A DNA stretch of 64,000 bases from an uncultured Candidatus Rokubacteria bacterium (GCA_963805625.1 CAWDVE010000010.1:320001-384000), one strand, 5' to 3'; counted from the stretch's first letter, positions 1 to 11,245 are shown. Program-made: numbers and translations. The notes: generated from the sequence alone by a model not told the origin.

Positions 1-88
1 CCATCTCTTCCGATCCTCGTGGTATGCTGACGCAGGCTGGCGGCCGCCCTGGCGGACCTCGGGATGGCTCCTCCAGCCGCACAATCCC

Positions 89-634
89 ATGGGCCTTGCA
101 AACTGGCTGACAATCGTACGAATCCTCCTCGTCCCGGTGCTCGTGATCGCTCTCGTCTACAACCGGGCGTTGCTGGCTCTCGGCACGTTCATCGTGGCGG
201 GGGTCACCGACATGATGGACGGATACATTGCCCGCACCCGCGGCACGAAGACCCGCCTCGGCGCATTCCTTGACCCCCTCGCCGACAAGCTCCTGCTGAC
301 GGCCTCGTTCATCACGCTCACGTACAAGTTTCCGAAGGTTCTGCCGTTCTGGCTGACCGCGATCGTACTGAGCCGGGACCTCCTGCTGATCCTGGTTGCC
401 GTGCTGATCATGCTCACCGGAGGCCAGCTGAACCCGACGCCGACTGCACTGGGGAAGGCGAGTACGGTGGTGCAGATGGTGACCGTGGGCCTGGCCCTCC
501 TCATCGTCGGGGGCGGCCACGACTTCTGGCTGGCGCGGAAGAGCCTCTTGATCCTGGCAGCCGTGCTCACGATCGGCTCCGGTATCCAGTACTTGGTGGT
601 CGCGCCGCGCTACGTGGACTGGGGGTCGCGCTGA
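89..634 (+). CDS. pgsA: CDP-alcohol phosphatidyltransferase (PGP synthase family)
   Basis: ANWLTIVR N-terminus and DMMDGYIAR..G..T.LGAFLDPLADK signature; hydrophobic. Confidence 0.85.
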   Translation: MGLANWLTIVRILLVPVLVIALVYNRALLALGTFIVAGVTDMMDGYIARTRGTKTRLGAFLDPLADKLLLTASFITLTYKFPKVLPFWLTAIVLSRDLLLILVAVLIMLTGGQLNPTPTALGKASTVVQMVTVGLALLIVGGGHDFWLARKSLLILAAVLTIGSGIQYLVVAPRYVDWGSR

Positions 635-1977
635 TGCCCAAGCGGGTCCCCGAGACAGGGGTCCGGGTTCTGGCGGTTGATCCGAAGGGACTGGCCTCGC
701 GGGCCGGGCTCCGGCCGGGGGACCGGCTCCTGCGGGTGAACGGCCAGGGGCTGCGCGACCTCGTCGACTTCCACGTCCACGCCGGGGAGGAAGAGCTCGC
801 GATCGACGTCGCTCGGGACGGCCGCCCGTGCTCGGTCGTGCTCGAGCGCAAGTGGGGGCGGGACCTGGGCCTCGAATGCGAGCCCCCGGCGCCCGCGGAG
901 ATCTCCACCTGCGCCAACAAGTGCGTCTTCTGCTTCATCCACCAGCTACCGAAGGGCCTGCGGAAGAGTCTCTACGTCAAGGACGACGACTATCGGCTCT
1001 CGTTCCTGCACGGCAACTACATCACGCTGACCGATCTCCCGGAGAGCGAGATCCAGCGGATCGTCGACCTTCGCCTGTCGCCCTTGTACATCTCCGTCCA
1101 TGCCACGGACCCGGTGCTGCGGCACTTCCTGCTGGGGAGTCCCAAGACCATCCGGGGGGACCTGATGGAACGGCTCCGGCGCCTGGCCGCTGCCGGGATC
1201 CGGCTGCACACGCAGATCGTGCTGTGCCCCGGTCTGAACGACGGCCCGCACCTCGAGCGCACGGTGCGCGAGCTGGGCGAGCTCCACCCGGGCGTGGCGA
1301 CCGTGGCCGTCGTACCCGTCGGTCTCACCCGGCACCGCGATGGGCTGTACCCGCTCCGGTCGATCACGCCCGCCGAGGCGGGCGCGACCCTGGACGGGAT
1401 CCACGCGTGGCAGGCCGACTTCCTGGCCCGTCACGGGACGCGGCTCGTTTTCGGGGCGGACGAGCTGTACCTCCGGGCGGGCCAGCCTATTCCGGCCGCC
1501 GCGGCGTACGAGAGCTTCTCCGTTGTCGAGGATGGGATCGGTCTCGTGCGGCGGTTCGAGGACGATCTCCGGCGCCTCGCCGGCCGGCTCGGGCGCCCCC
1601 GCTGGCGCGGAGAGCACGTGGCGACGGTGGTGACCGGCGAGCTGTTCGGACCGATCCTCGACCGGCTCCTGGAAGGAATCCGCGTGCCGGGCCTCCGGGC
1701 CGGGGTCGTCCCCGTGCCGAACGAGTTCTTCGGTCGCGCGATCACCGTGGCCGGGCTCCTGACGGGCCAGGACGTCGCCCGGGCCCTCTCCGGGCGGCCG
1801 CTTGGAGACGTGGTCCTGATCCCCCGCGTCGCCCTGACGGAGACGAAGGGCGTCTTCCTGGACGACATGGCCCCGGACGACCTCGCGCGGCACCTGGGAG
1901 TGCCGATCGTCACCGTGGAGGCCAGCGCGCGCGGTCTCGTCGACGGCCTGCTCGGCCGGCCGCCCGCGCGGGCGTGA
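634..1977 (+). CDS. PDZ + DUF512 radical-SAM-like Fe-S protein
   Basis: N-terminal PDZ-like GLRPGDRLLRVNG; CANKCVFC (CxxxCxxC); LYVKDDDYRLSFLHGNYITLT; usual neighbour of der. Confidence 0.9.
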   Translation: MPKRVPETGVRVLAVDPKGLASRAGLRPGDRLLRVNGQGLRDLVDFHVHAGEEELAIDVARDGRPCSVVLERKWGRDLGLECEPPAPAEISTCANKCVFCFIHQLPKGLRKSLYVKDDDYRLSFLHGNYITLTDLPESEIQRIVDLRLSPLYISVHATDPVLRHFLLGSPKTIRGDLMERLRRLAAAGIRLHTQIVLCPGLNDGPHLERTVRELGELHPGVATVAVVPVGLTRHRDGLYPLRSITPAEAGATLDGIHAWQADFLARHGTRLVFGADELYLRAGQPIPAAAAYESFSVVEDGIGLVRRFEDDLRRLAGRLGRPRWRGEHVATVVTGELFGPILDRLLEGIRVPGLRAGVVPVPNEFFGRAITVAGLLTGQDVARALSGRPLGDVVLIPRVALTETKGVFLDDMAPDDLARHLGVPIVTVEASARGLVDGLLGRPPARA

Positions 1978-1990
1978 CGGGGCGGCTTCG

Positions 1991-3328
1991 GTGCGGTTGC
2001 CGGTGGTCGCGATCGTGGGACGCCCGAACGTCGGGAAGTCCACCCTCTTCAACCGTCTGATCGGCAGCCGCAAGGCGATCGTTCGCGACACCCCCGGGGT
2101 GACGCGCGACCGGATCCACGGCACCTGCGAGTTCGGGGGCTGGCGGGCCACGGTGATCGACACGGGGGGCCTCGACCCCACCTCGGACGAGCCCCTCACC
2201 GCACAGGTGCGGAAGCAGGTGCTGGCGGCCATCGCCGAGGCCGACGCCCTGGTCTTCGTGGTGGACGGCCGTGAAGGAGTGACACCGCTCGACCAAGAGG
2301 TGGTGCGGCTGCTTCGGCGCGTGGCCAAGCCCGTGCTGGTGGCCGTCAACAAGGTCGACGCGAAGGGGCGCGAGGCGGCGGCGGCCGAGGTCTACGGTCT
2401 GGGGATGGAGCCGGTGTTGCTGGTCTCGGCCGAGCACGGGCGGGGCGTGGCCGAGTTGATCGAGGCGCTGGCGATGCGGCTCCCGTCGCCGCCAAGCGAT
2501 GCGGCCGAGGAGGCCGGCCCGATCCGGATCGCGGTCGTCGGCCGCCCGAACGTCGGGAAATCCTCGCTGGTGAACGCGATCGCCGGGCAGGATCGGGTAG
2601 TGGTCCACACCGAGCCCGGCACGACGCGTGACGCCGTGGATACGCTGGTGACGGTCGAGGGGCGTCCCTATGTCCTCGTCGACACCGCGGGCCTCCGCCG
2701 CAAGGGACGCACCGAGGGGGCGCTCGACAAGCTCTCCGCGGTCATGGCCCGCCGGAGCCTGGAGCGGGCGGACCTGGCTCTCGTGGTCCTCGACGCGGCA
2801 GAGGGGGTCACCACGCAGGATGCTCGGATCGCGGGGTACGCCGAGGCTGCGGGCCGCGCCGTCGTCCTCGTGGTCAACAAGTGGGACTTGGTCGGGACCG
2901 CGGACCGGGCTCCGGAGCTCGTGCGTTCCCTGCGGGAGCGGCTGCCGTTTTTGACTCACGCGCCGGTCGTCTTCACCTCCGCGCGTGCTGGCACCGGCCT
3001 CCGGGAGCTGTTCGAGACCATCGACCGCGTGGCGCTCGACTACGCCAAGGAGATCTCGACCGGCGAGTTGAACCGCGTGCTCACGGCGGCCGTCGAGCGG
3101 CGCCCGCCGGCGGGCTTCCACGGCAAGACGCTCAAGATCTTCTACGGGACGCAGACCGCCACCCGGCCGCCCACCTTCCTCCTGTTCGTCAACGATCCCG
3201 CCGCGCTCCACTTCTCCTACGAGCGCTACCTCGTGAGCGCGCTGCGGGAACGGTTCGGACTCGTCGGCTGCCCGGTCCGGCTGAGACTTCGACGGCGCCG
3301 CCCAGCGCGCGCCCAGCTCCACACGTGA
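1991..3328 (+). CDS. der: ribosome biogenesis GTPase Der (EngA)
   Basis: Two GRPNVGKS P-loops, DTGG/DTAG, NKVD/NKWD, KH-like C-terminus. Confidence 0.97.
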   Translation: MRLPVVAIVGRPNVGKSTLFNRLIGSRKAIVRDTPGVTRDRIHGTCEFGGWRATVIDTGGLDPTSDEPLTAQVRKQVLAAIAEADALVFVVDGREGVTPLDQEVVRLLRRVAKPVLVAVNKVDAKGREAAAAEVYGLGMEPVLLVSAEHGRGVAELIEALAMRLPSPPSDAAEEAGPIRIAVVGRPNVGKSSLVNAIAGQDRVVVHTEPGTTRDAVDTLVTVEGRPYVLVDTAGLRRKGRTEGALDKLSAVMARRSLERADLALVVLDAAEGVTTQDARIAGYAEAAGRAVVLVVNKWDLVGTADRAPELVRSLRERLPFLTHAPVVFTSARAGTGLRELFETIDRVALDYAKEISTGELNRVLTAAVERRPPAGFHGKTLKIFYGTQTATRPPTFLLFVNDPAALHFSYERYLVSALRERFGLVGCPVRLRLRRRRPARAQLHT

Positions 3329-4002
3329 TACGGGGCGCGGCGCTCGTCCTCGGCCTGGCCCTCGTCGGTTGCACCGCGGCGGGGCTGCCCCGAGACTCGT
3401 TGACGGCGGACGAGCACAACGACCTTGGAGTGGCGTACTTCGAGCGAAACGAACCGCGCCGGGCGCTGGGTGAGTTCGAGCGCGCGGTCGGCCTCCGGCC
3501 GGACTGGGCGCGCGCGCTGGTGAACCTGGGGGACGCGCGCCTGACGGTCGGCGACGTGGGCGGCGCGATCGAGGCCTACGGGCGCGCGGTGGCGATCACG
3601 CCTGACGAGCCCGGAGCGGCAAACAATCTCGCGTGGGCGCTCCTGCAGGATCCCGTGCGGTGGCCGGAGGCGGAGCCGATCATCGAGAAGGCTCTGGCGC
3701 GGCACCCGGAGCCGCGCGGATACTATCTCGACACGCTGGGCGCTCTTCGCTTGCGGAAGGGAGACAACCAGGGGGCGCTCGACGCGTTCCGTGCCGCGCT
3801 GGCCGACGGCGCGCTTCCGGATGGTCCCGCACGCGCGCTGGTTCTGCAGCACGCCGCCGAGGCTCTTGCACGGCTCGGCGACCTCGAGGGGGCCGCGCAT
3901 TGCCGGGTGCTCGCGGAGGTCGAGGGGGCGAAAGGAGGGTCCAGGCATGCGGCCGCCGGTGGGGGTGCCTCGCCTGTTGGTGGGCTGGGGAGCGTGTGCT
4001 AA
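3325..4002 (+). CDS. TPR-repeat lipoprotein
   Basis: GTG overlapping der stop; lipobox LVGC; TPR motifs (HNDLGVAY, NLGDA, NNLAW, LDTLG). Confidence 0.8.
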   Translation: MIRGAALVLGLALVGCTAAGLPRDSLTADEHNDLGVAYFERNEPRRALGEFERAVGLRPDWARALVNLGDARLTVGDVGGAIEAYGRAVAITPDEPGAANNLAWALLQDPVRWPEAEPIIEKALARHPEPRGYYLDTLGALRLRKGDNQGALDAFRAALADGALPDGPARALVLQHAAEALARLGDLEGAAHCRVLAEVEGAKGGSRHAAAGGGASPVGGLGSVC

Positions 4003-4044
4003 CATTGGCCAGCTAACACCCTGTCGTATTTGGGGAATTCGCGT

Positions 4045-4980
4045 ATGAGACGAGTGAGGTCAGACGTGTCGCACCGCATCCGGCGCCAGCCAAGCATCTT
4101 CAGCGTTCTCTGGTTCCGCATCGCGCTCGGTGTTGGTGTCGCTCTCGTCCTCGCGCTTCTGGTGGGGCCCGTGGTGTCGAGCTGGTTCGGAGACGATCTG
4201 CCACGAAGCCTGTTCCTTCTCGTCCCGGGGGGCGGGTCCGAGAAGACGGTTCAAGCTCGCGCGCCGGAGCCGCCCGCTGTACGGCCAAGCCTGGCGAGTC
4301 CCGGAGTGCCGTCATCCGATCCTGCGTCGGGGCCTGTCGCGACGACGACGACCGGCAAGGCGCCCAGTGCTCCGCCCGAGGGCAAGCGCGGGACGGGCGG
4401 GCGGATGACTGCTGGTGGGTCCTCGCCGGTGCCGCCGTCGACGGCGATGGCCGGCCCGGCGTCGCCTCCCCGCGAGCCGGGCCGGCCGGCTCCGCCCGAG
4501 GGTGGATCCGCGCCGTCCGGGTCGCTCGCCGCGCCGCCGGCCGTCTACTGGGTGCAGGTGGGCGCCTTTCTCGACCACAAGAACGCCGACCGGCTCGTGG
4601 AGCGGCTGCGGGGCGACGGGCTCTCGGCAGCAACCACGTCCTTCGAGCAGAGCCGGGTGCTCTACCGGGTGCTCCTCGTGGGCGGGGAGGGCGGCCGCGT
4701 GACCGACGACACCGTCGAGCGCGTTCGGGGTCTCGGGCATCCCGTCGAGATGACTGCCGATGGGCCGGCGGTGACGGGCCCCGTGCCGCTCCGGAAGGCG
4801 GTGGAGACCTCCCACACGCTCAGGCAGCAGGGAGTCACGGTTCGCCTGAAGCAAGAGGTGAGCTCGTCGACCTTCCGCGTCGTGCGCGTGGGGTCCTTCC
4901 CGACGGTTGCTGAGGCCGACGCCACGCTTGCGGCGCTGACCGCCAAGGGTGTCGAGGGTGTCGTGGTCCGGGAGCGCTGA
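4045..4980 (+). CDS. SPOR-domain cell-division protein
   Basis: N-terminal TM helix, Pro-rich linker, SPOR motifs YWVQVGAF and FRVVRVGSF. Confidence 0.85.
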   Translation: MRRVRSDVSHRIRRQPSIFSVLWFRIALGVGVALVLALLVGPVVSSWFGDDLPRSLFLLVPGGGSEKTVQARAPEPPAVRPSLASPGVPSSDPASGPVATTTTGKAPSAPPEGKRGTGGRMTAGGSSPVPPSTAMAGPASPPREPGRPAPPEGGSAPSGSLAAPPAVYWVQVGAFLDHKNADRLVERLRGDGLSAATTSFEQSRVLYRVLLVGGEGGRVTDDTVERVRGLGHPVEMTADGPAVTGPVPLRKAVETSHTLRQQGVTVRLKQEVSSSTFRVVRVGSFPTVAEADATLAALTAKGVEGVVVRER

Positions 4981-5011
4981 GTCATCGGCGAGAGCGTGGT
5001 GGCGAAGGGGG

Positions 5012-5296
5012 GTGAGTAGGTTGACGAAGAACGACCTCATCAATTCGGTTGCGGGGCACGGGCTCTCCAAGCGGCAGTCGGCGGCCGTCGTCGAGGCCGT
5101 GTTCGACAGCATGATCCGGGCCTTCGAGCAGGGGAGCGACGTCAAGATCGTCGGGTTCGGGCACTTCAAGCTGCGGAAGAAGGCATCGCGCAAGGGGCGC
5201 AACCCGCAGACCGGCAACGAGATAGAGATCACGGCCCGCCGGGTGCTGACGTTCAAGCCATCGAAGGGACTGAAGGCGCAGGTGAACCACCGGTGA
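5012..5296 (+). CDS. ihfA: integration host factor alpha subunit
   Basis: HU/IHF motif [29 protein letters not shown]; ihfA-merR-tRNA-Pro synteny. Confidence 0.88.
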   Translation: MSRLTKNDLINSVAGHGLSKRQSAAVVEAVFDSMIRAFEQGSDVKIVGFGHFKLRKKASRKGRNPQTGNEIEITARRVLTFKPSKGLKAQVNHR

Positions 5297-5703
5297 TCGA
5301 ACCCGAGATCGACCGCGAGCGGCGAGTCGAAGTCGGGGTCGAGTCCCCGATCCCGGACAAGCTGTTCTTCCGGATCGGCGAGGTGGCGGACCTCACCGGT
5401 GTGCCGCCGTATGTGCTGCGGTACTGGGAATCGGAGTTCAAGCTCTTGCGACCGCGGAAGAACCACGCCGGCCAGCGGGTCTACCGGAAGCACGACGTGC
5501 AGATGGTCCTGCGCATCAAGAGCCTCCTCTACGAGGACCGGCTCACGCTGGAGGGGGCGAAGAAGCGTCTTCAGCAGGAAGGCAGGCAGCGCAACCAGCA
5601 GCTCGAGCTGCCGGCTCCGGATCCCCAGACGCTGGCCGCACTTCGCACGATTCGAACCCGGCTGGAGGCCATCCGGCAGACGCTGCGGCGAACTGCCCCT
5701 TGA
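5293..5703 (+). CDS. MerR-family transcriptional regulator
   Basis: [30 protein letters not shown], typical of the MerR next to ihfA. Confidence 0.92.
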   Translation: MIEPEIDRERRVEVGVESPIPDKLFFRIGEVADLTGVPPYVLRYWESEFKLLRPRKNHAGQRVYRKHDVQMVLRIKSLLYEDRLTLEGAKKRLQQEGRQRNQQLELPAPDPQTLAALRTIRTRLEAIRQTLRRTAP

Positions 5704-5738
5704 ACCACGCTGGAGCGCGACGTACAATCCGTGCGGTT

Positions 5739-5815
<77 letters not shown>

Positions 5816-5890
5816 TTTCCCGCCAACACCCCTGGCGCGGCGACCCGCGGCGTTGCGGCCCCGGCCTCGGCCGGGGAGACCGCACGCCGC

Positions 5891-6688
5891 GTGACCAAGT
5901 CGAACCGTCCTGTCATCCTTGTTTCCAACGACGACGGCATTCACGCGCCGGGCATCGCGGCGCTAGCGGTCGCGCTCGAGACGGTCGGCGACGTCTGGGT
6001 CGTCGCGCCGGACCGGGAGCGAAGCGCCGTCGGGCACGCCCTGACGCTTCACCGGCCCCTCACCGCGGACCAGTTGGGGCCGCAGCGATTCGCGGTCAAC
6101 GGCACGCCCTCGGACTGCGTGAACCTCGCGCTGCTCGGACTCCTCCCGGTGCGGCCCCGGATCGTGGTCGCCGGCGTCAATGCAGGCTCGAACCTCGGAG
6201 ACGACGTGACGTACTCGGGCACGGTATCGGCGGCCCTGGAGGGCGCGCTCCTCGGCGTGCCGGGACTCGCGGTGTCGCTCATCCAGCCCACCGGGCCGGC
6301 CAGCTACCGTCCCGCCGCGCGGGCCGCCGCGCGTCTGACGCGGCTCCTCCTGCGTGAGCCGGCCCGCGCCGCGACCCTGCTGAACGTGAACGTCCCGCCC
6401 GGGCAGGCCCGCGGCGTCAGACTCACGCGGCTCGGCCGGCGTCTCTACAGCGAGAAGGTCGTCGAACGGCAGGACCCGAGAGGACGGCGCTACTTCTGGA
6501 TCGGCATCGGTCCGCCCGCGTGGGAGGCGGGAGAGGACACGGACTACGCCGCGGTCCACGCGGGGTACGTCTCGGTGACCCCGCTGATGCTCGACCTCAC
6601 GGACTACCCGGGGCTGCGCGGGCTGAAGGACTGGGAGGGGGAGTTCCGGCGGCGGTCACGGGGTCGGGGAACCGGGGCTGGGCGGTGA
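5891..6688 (+). CDS. surE: 5'/3'-nucleotidase SurE
   Basis: ILVSNDDG, APDRERSAVGH, NGTPSDCV, YSGTVSAA motifs. Confidence 0.96.
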   Translation: MTKSNRPVILVSNDDGIHAPGIAALAVALETVGDVWVVAPDRERSAVGHALTLHRPLTADQLGPQRFAVNGTPSDCVNLALLGLLPVRPRIVVAGVNAGSNLGDDVTYSGTVSAALEGALLGVPGLAVSLIQPTGPASYRPAARAAARLTRLLLREPARAATLLNVNVPPGQARGVRLTRLGRRLYSEKVVERQDPRGRRYFWIGIGPPAWEAGEDTDYAAVHAGYVSVTPLMLDLTDYPGLRGLKDWEGEFRRRSRGRGTGAGR

Positions 6689-7371
6689 GCGGCGGCCGGG
6701 CGGTGGGGACCGGGGCGGGCTGGCAGGAGGCGCGGGCCGGCCGCGAGCGCGAGCGCATGGTCGAGGAGCAGCTCATCCAGCGCGGGATCACGGACCCGCG
6801 CGTGCTCGACGCCATGCGGCGGATCCCGCGCCATCGGTTCGTGGAGGAGGCCCTCCGGGACCGCGCGTACGGGGATCACCCGCTGCCGATCGGCGAGAGT
6901 CAAACGATCTCCCAGCCGTACATCGTGGGAATGATGACCCAGCTCCTCGCTCTCCGGGGGACCGAGAAGGTGCTGGAGATCGGCACGGGCTCCGGGTACC
7001 AGACGGCCGTGCTGGCCGAGCTCGTGCGGCGGGTGTGCTCGGTCGAGCGCCTCATGTCCCTTGCGGTCCGAGCCCGCCGCATTCTGGAGGAGTTGGGGTA
7101 TACTAGCGCAGTCGTCAAGACGGCCGACGGCACGTACGGCTGGGCCGACGAGGCCCCGTTCGAGCGCATCATCGTGACGGCCGGGGCGCCAGCGGTACCG
7201 ACGCCACTGTTCCAGCAGCTGGCCGAGGGTGGCCGGATCGTGGTCCCCGTCGGCGGACCCCAGTCGCAGGTCCTGCACGTTGTCGAGAAGGTCGATGGCC
7301 GCATGCGGCTGTCGACGGATTGCGGCTGCACGTTCGTGAAGCTGGTCGGGAAGTACGGGTGGGAGACCTGA
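6685..7371 (+). CDS. pcm: protein-L-isoaspartate O-methyltransferase
   Basis: QTISQPY, VLEIGTGSGYQ, APFERIIVTA; follows surE. Confidence 0.95.
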   Translation: MSGGRAVGTGAGWQEARAGRERERMVEEQLIQRGITDPRVLDAMRRIPRHRFVEEALRDRAYGDHPLPIGESQTISQPYIVGMMTQLLALRGTEKVLEIGTGSGYQTAVLAELVRRVCSVERLMSLAVRARRILEELGYTSAVVKTADGTYGWADEAPFERIIVTAGAPAVPTPLFQQLAEGGRIVVPVGGPQSQVLHVVEKVDGRMRLSTDCGCTFVKLVGKYGWET

Positions 7372-7422
7372 GTCCCCAGCACGGGGGCAGCCTGGGCGTG
7401 CCGTTCCAAGCCCAGGTGGGGT

Positions 7423-7499
7423 CGGGGCGTAGCGCAGCTTGGTAGCGCGCCTGCTTCGGGAGCAGGAGGTCGCTGGTTCAAGTCCAGTCGCCCCGACCA
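7423..7499 (+). tRNA. tRNA-Pro(CGG)
   Basis: Cloverleaf, anticodon arm CCTGC-TTCGGGA-GCAGG, TTCAAGT T-loop, CCA end. Confidence 0.97.
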
Positions 7500-7599
7500 A
7501 CCCCTCCCACCCCCGCAATCGTTCGGATCCTCGTGAGAACCGTGAGCGCGGATGAGTGAGGCGGACCGCCATGCGGGCAGCCGCCGGTCAGGCGCTCGT

Positions 7600-7884
7600 A
7601 TGGGCGCCGTGGAAGTGCTGGTGGGAGGGCGCGTCCAGGGAGTGGGGTACCGCAACTTCGCCCAGCGACGCGCCCACGACTGGCGCCTCACCGGGTACGC
7701 GGTGAACCTCCCGGACGGGCGCGTCAAGATCCGAGCGGAGGGGGACCTGGAAGCGATCGAGCAGTTCGTGCGCGATCTCGGCAAGGGACCGCCTCTGGCC
7801 CGCGTGGACCGTGTCGACGTCAGCTCCGTCGCGTTCACCGGCCGCTACGGGGAGTTCGGCATCCGCTTCTCGGAGGGACGATGA
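7600..7884 (+). CDS. acyP: acylphosphatase
   Basis: GRVQGVGYR and GYAVNLPDGRV motifs; alternative start at 7552. Confidence 0.92.
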   Translation: MGAVEVLVGGRVQGVGYRNFAQRRAHDWRLTGYAVNLPDGRVKIRAEGDLEAIEQFVRDLGKGPPLARVDRVDVSSVAFTGRYGEFGIRFSEGR

Positions 7885-8684
7885 GGGAGCGCCCCGGGCG
7901 GTGGGCGGCGCTGGTCGCGGTCCCGCTGGCGCTCGGCTTGATTCTGCCCGTGGCCACGCAGGCCGCAAGCCCGCAACCCCTGCCCGCGAAGTCCCAGGGG
8001 ATAGCCGTCGAGCTTCGGGAGCACGCCCCGCCGGCCGCGACCCTCGGGCACGTCGTCAGCCCGGGCCAGACCCTGTGGGGCATCGCGCGAGAGCACGGGG
8101 TGTCTGTCGAGGCGCTGATCCGGGCGAACGGGCTCACGCCGAAGTCGAGGCTCCGCGTGGGCCAGCGGCTGAGCATCCCGCTGAGCGAGGTCCAGGAGGG
8201 TAGCCAGGAGCCCCCGTCCCTCGCCGACATCGTGCTGGAGCGGCCCCCGGCGATGCCGGCCGTGAGCTTCGCGCGGCCGGTGCCGGGGCCGATCGTGTCC
8301 CCCTTCGGCCCCAGAGGCGTCGTCTGGCATGGCGGCATCGACCTCCGGGCCGAGCGGCACGATCCCATCCAGGCCGCGGCGGCGGGCATGGTGATCACGA
8401 GCGGGTGGGAGCGAGCCTACGGGCACGTCGTGAAGATCTGGCACCCGAGCGATCTCATGACGGTCTACGCGCACAACGTCGAGAACCTGGTCAAGGTGGG
8501 CGACTGGGTCGAGCAGGGCCAGGTGATCGCGACCGTCGGCAGCACCGGGCGGGCGACCGCGCCCCATCTCCACTTCGAGATCCGCTTGAACGGCCGGAAG
8601 TACAATCCTGCCTTCTGGCTGCCCGAGTCGGAAGCGCGCGCGGTTCCGGTCAGGGATCCCAGGATTCCCACCGCTACGCCATGA
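7881..8684 (+). CDS. LysM + M23 peptidase (NlpD-like)
   Basis: Signal peptide, LysM ([13 protein letters not shown]), M23 motifs [16 protein letters not shown]; lies between pcm and the sigma factor. Confidence 0.92.
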   Translation: MRERPGRWAALVAVPLALGLILPVATQAASPQPLPAKSQGIAVELREHAPPAATLGHVVSPGQTLWGIAREHGVSVEALIRANGLTPKSRLRVGQRLSIPLSEVQEGSQEPPSLADIVLERPPAMPAVSFARPVPGPIVSPFGPRGVVWHGGIDLRAERHDPIQAAAAGMVITSGWERAYGHVVKIWHPSDLMTVYAHNVENLVKVGDWVEQGQVIATVGSTGRATAPHLHFEIRLNGRKYNPAFWLPESEARAVPVRDPRIPTATP

Positions 8685-9694
8685 CCGCCGGGCGCGAGCC
8701 GTCGCAGCGGGCGGACGAGGATCCCGAGCGCCGGCTGCGGCCGGACCCGCCGCCCGATCCGAGCGACGAGGTCGAGGCGGACGACCCGGATCTCACCGAC
8801 GACGGGTCGGTGCTCGAGCTCCCGCCGGACGAGGAGCTCGACGCGGAAGAGGCGGAGAGCCTCGGCCACCGTCCGCCGATCGAGATGTATCTGAGCGAGA
8901 TCCGCCAGATCCCGCTTCTCACGCGCGAGCAGGAGGTCGAGCTCGCCAAGCAGGTCGCCGCCGGGAGTGAGGCGGCGAAGAAGCGGATGGTGGAGTCGAA
9001 CCTCCGCCTGGTGGTGATGCTCGCCCGCCGCTATCAGAACCGCGGGCTGCCGCTGGCCGACCTCATTGCCGAGGGCAACATCGGGCTGATCCGCGCCGTC
9101 GAGAAGTTCCGCTGGGATCGTGGCACCCGGTTCTCCACCTACGCCACCTGGTGGATCCGGCAGGCCATCCAACGGGCTCTCGCCAACCAGGCACGAGTCA
9201 TCCGGCTGCCGGTGCACGTGGAGGCTCAGCTGGGAAAGTACCGGCGCACGCGCGAGCGCCTCACCCAGGAACGAGGGCGGCCGCCAGAGATGGCCGAGGT
9301 GGCCGCCGCGCTCGGGCTCACCGTCAAGGACCTCGAAGCTCTGGAGGAGGCGTCGAAGATGCCCCTCTCGCTCGAGATGACGGTAGGCGGGGAAGGGGAG
9401 GGCGTCCAGCTGAAGGACGTGGTGCCCAACCGGGACGAGACTGGGGCCGCGGTCATCGCGGGGCTGCTGCGCCGCCAGGAGAGCCTCCGCGAGTTCCTGG
9501 ACGACCTTCCGCCCAAGGAGCGGACCATCCTCGTCGACCGCTTCGGCCTCGGCGGCGAGGCGCCTATGACGCTCGAATCGATCGGGCAGCGGATGGGCGT
9601 CACGCGGGAGCGCGTGCGGCAGATCGAGGCGTCAGCCCTTCAGAAGCTCCGGCGGCGGCTCGAGGCGCGCGGCATCGAGTGGCCGGGCGCGTGA
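8681..9694 (+). CDS. sigma-70 family factor (RpoS/RpoD-like)
   Basis: [53 protein letters not shown]; rpoS-like position. Confidence 0.92.
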   Translation: MTAGREPSQRADEDPERRLRPDPPPDPSDEVEADDPDLTDDGSVLELPPDEELDAEEAESLGHRPPIEMYLSEIRQIPLLTREQEVELAKQVAAGSEAAKKRMVESNLRLVVMLARRYQNRGLPLADLIAEGNIGLIRAVEKFRWDRGTRFSTYATWWIRQAIQRALANQARVIRLPVHVEAQLGKYRRTRERLTQERGRPPEMAEVAAALGLTVKDLEALEEASKMPLSLEMTVGGEGEGVQLKDVVPNRDETGAAVIAGLLRRQESLREFLDDLPPKERTILVDRFGLGGEAPMTLESIGQRMGVTRERVRQIEASALQKLRRRLEARGIEWPGA

Positions 9695-9835
9695 AGCGCC
9701 GCCCGCGGCAGGCGCGCTGGCCGGCGCGGTCTCCAGCCGGGCCGCCAGCTGAACCGACAGTCGCGCGTCGCCACGACGCCACCCCGGCGCGATGCTCGCG
9801 GGCAGAGTGATCCCGTCAAGCGTGGCAGGAGGGGC

Positions 9836-10858
9836 GTGACCGTGTCGAGCCTGGACATCCTGTTCCTCTCCAAGGAAGACGTCGATGCCGTCGACCTCGG
9901 TCTCGGGGAGGCGATGGATGCCATCGAGCTCGGACTCCGGGCACACGGCGAGAAGAAGGTCGTCATGCCCTCGAAGGATCACCTCGCCCTGGACCGATCG
10001 GAGCGCCACTGGAACATTCTCAAGGGGTACGTCGAGCCGATCGACGTGGCCGGGGTCAAGGTGATCGGCGACTTCGAGGGGAATTACCGCTTCGGGCTGC
10101 CGTCGGAGCTGGCGCTGATCACGCTGTATCGGTCGGACACCGGCGCGCCGTTCGCGATCCTGGACGGGACGCTCATCACCTGGATGCGCACCGGAGCGGT
10201 GACGGCGGTCGGCGCCAAGCACCTGGCGCCGGACCGGCCACGAGTGCTCGGGCACATCGGCGCCCGCGGCACCGCCTGGTACAACATCCCGATGCTCGAC
10301 CGGCTGTTCGGCTTCGAAGAGATCCGCGTCACCAGCAAGCGCCCGGAATCCCGGGAGCGCTTCGCCGCCCGGATGTCGGAGCGGCTCGGGAAGCCCGTGG
10401 CGGTCATGGCGACGGTCGAGGAGACGGTACGGGACGCCGATATCATCATCGATGCCTCGCGTCTGGTCACCCCGGAGGTCCTTGTCAAGGACGCCTGGGT
10501 CAAGCCGGGCGCCCTGATCCAGCCCTATGGGGTGGAGCAGTCCGTCGAGTCGACCCTGCCGCTGACGGTCGACAAGATGGTCGTCGACGACTGGAACCAG
10601 TGCCAGAAGTCCGAGTATGGCCAGTTCGCGGGGATGATCCGGGCCGGCGCCCTGCGTGGCGAGCACATCTACGGCGAGATCGGTGAGATCGTGGCAGGGC
10701 TCAAGTCGGGCCGAGAGTCGCCGCGAGAGCGCATCCTGTTCTGGCACAAGGGCTTCGCGATCAGCGACATCGTGCTCGGCCACCTGACCTACGAGAAGGC
10801 GCGGGCCAAGGGCATCGGCACCGTGCTGAGCTACTATCGTCGCCCCCGCGACATGTGA
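9836..10858 (+). CDS. ornithine cyclodeaminase/mu-crystallin family protein
   Basis: DGTLITWMRTGAVTAVGAKHLA, Rossmann IGARG, GFAISD C-terminal motif. Confidence 0.9.
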   Translation: MTVSSLDILFLSKEDVDAVDLGLGEAMDAIELGLRAHGEKKVVMPSKDHLALDRSERHWNILKGYVEPIDVAGVKVIGDFEGNYRFGLPSELALITLYRSDTGAPFAILDGTLITWMRTGAVTAVGAKHLAPDRPRVLGHIGARGTAWYNIPMLDRLFGFEEIRVTSKRPESRERFAARMSERLGKPVAVMATVEETVRDADIIIDASRLVTPEVLVKDAWVKPGALIQPYGVEQSVESTLPLTVDKMVVDDWNQCQKSEYGQFAGMIRAGALRGEHIYGEIGEIVAGLKSGRESPRERILFWHKGFAISDIVLGHLTYEKARAKGIGTVLSYYRRPRDM

Positions 10859-10941
10859 CGGAGCCGCGTGTCCGGCGCCATGCCGGACCCAGCGGCGAAG
10901 GGGTGCTAGAATTCAGGTCGACCGACCTCGTCCGTCCGCGT

Positions 10942-10976
10942 GCCCCCGTAGCTCAGTCGGATAGAGGGTTTCCTAA
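10942..10976 (+). pseudogene. displaced 5' half of tRNA-Arg(CCT) with 4-nt deletion (att junction)
   Basis: GCCCCCGTAGCTCAGTCGGATAGAG-GGTTTCCTAA equals 14252-14290 minus 4 nt; identity stops at the anticodon loop; TGCTAGAAT extended -10 upstream. Confidence 0.9.
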
Positions 10977-11245
10977 TACGCGGCCAGCCGCTAGGCTTTC
11001 CACGATTTCCACGACAGCATCGGGAAAACGTGGACTTGCGCCGTGTCAGAGACGGACTAGCGTGTCTCTTGCTCTTGCGCCCCCGAGTCTCACCAAAACG
11101 AGCGCGTGATGGCACATAGAATGGCATCGCGGGCTAGGGTGGCGGCTGATCCCCGCCACCGAACGCGCGGCATCCCGACCGCGCTGCCCGCGAGTGACTT
11201 CAGGACGCTCGAATGCCTTTGATTAAGCGGGCCCCCAAGTGGGCT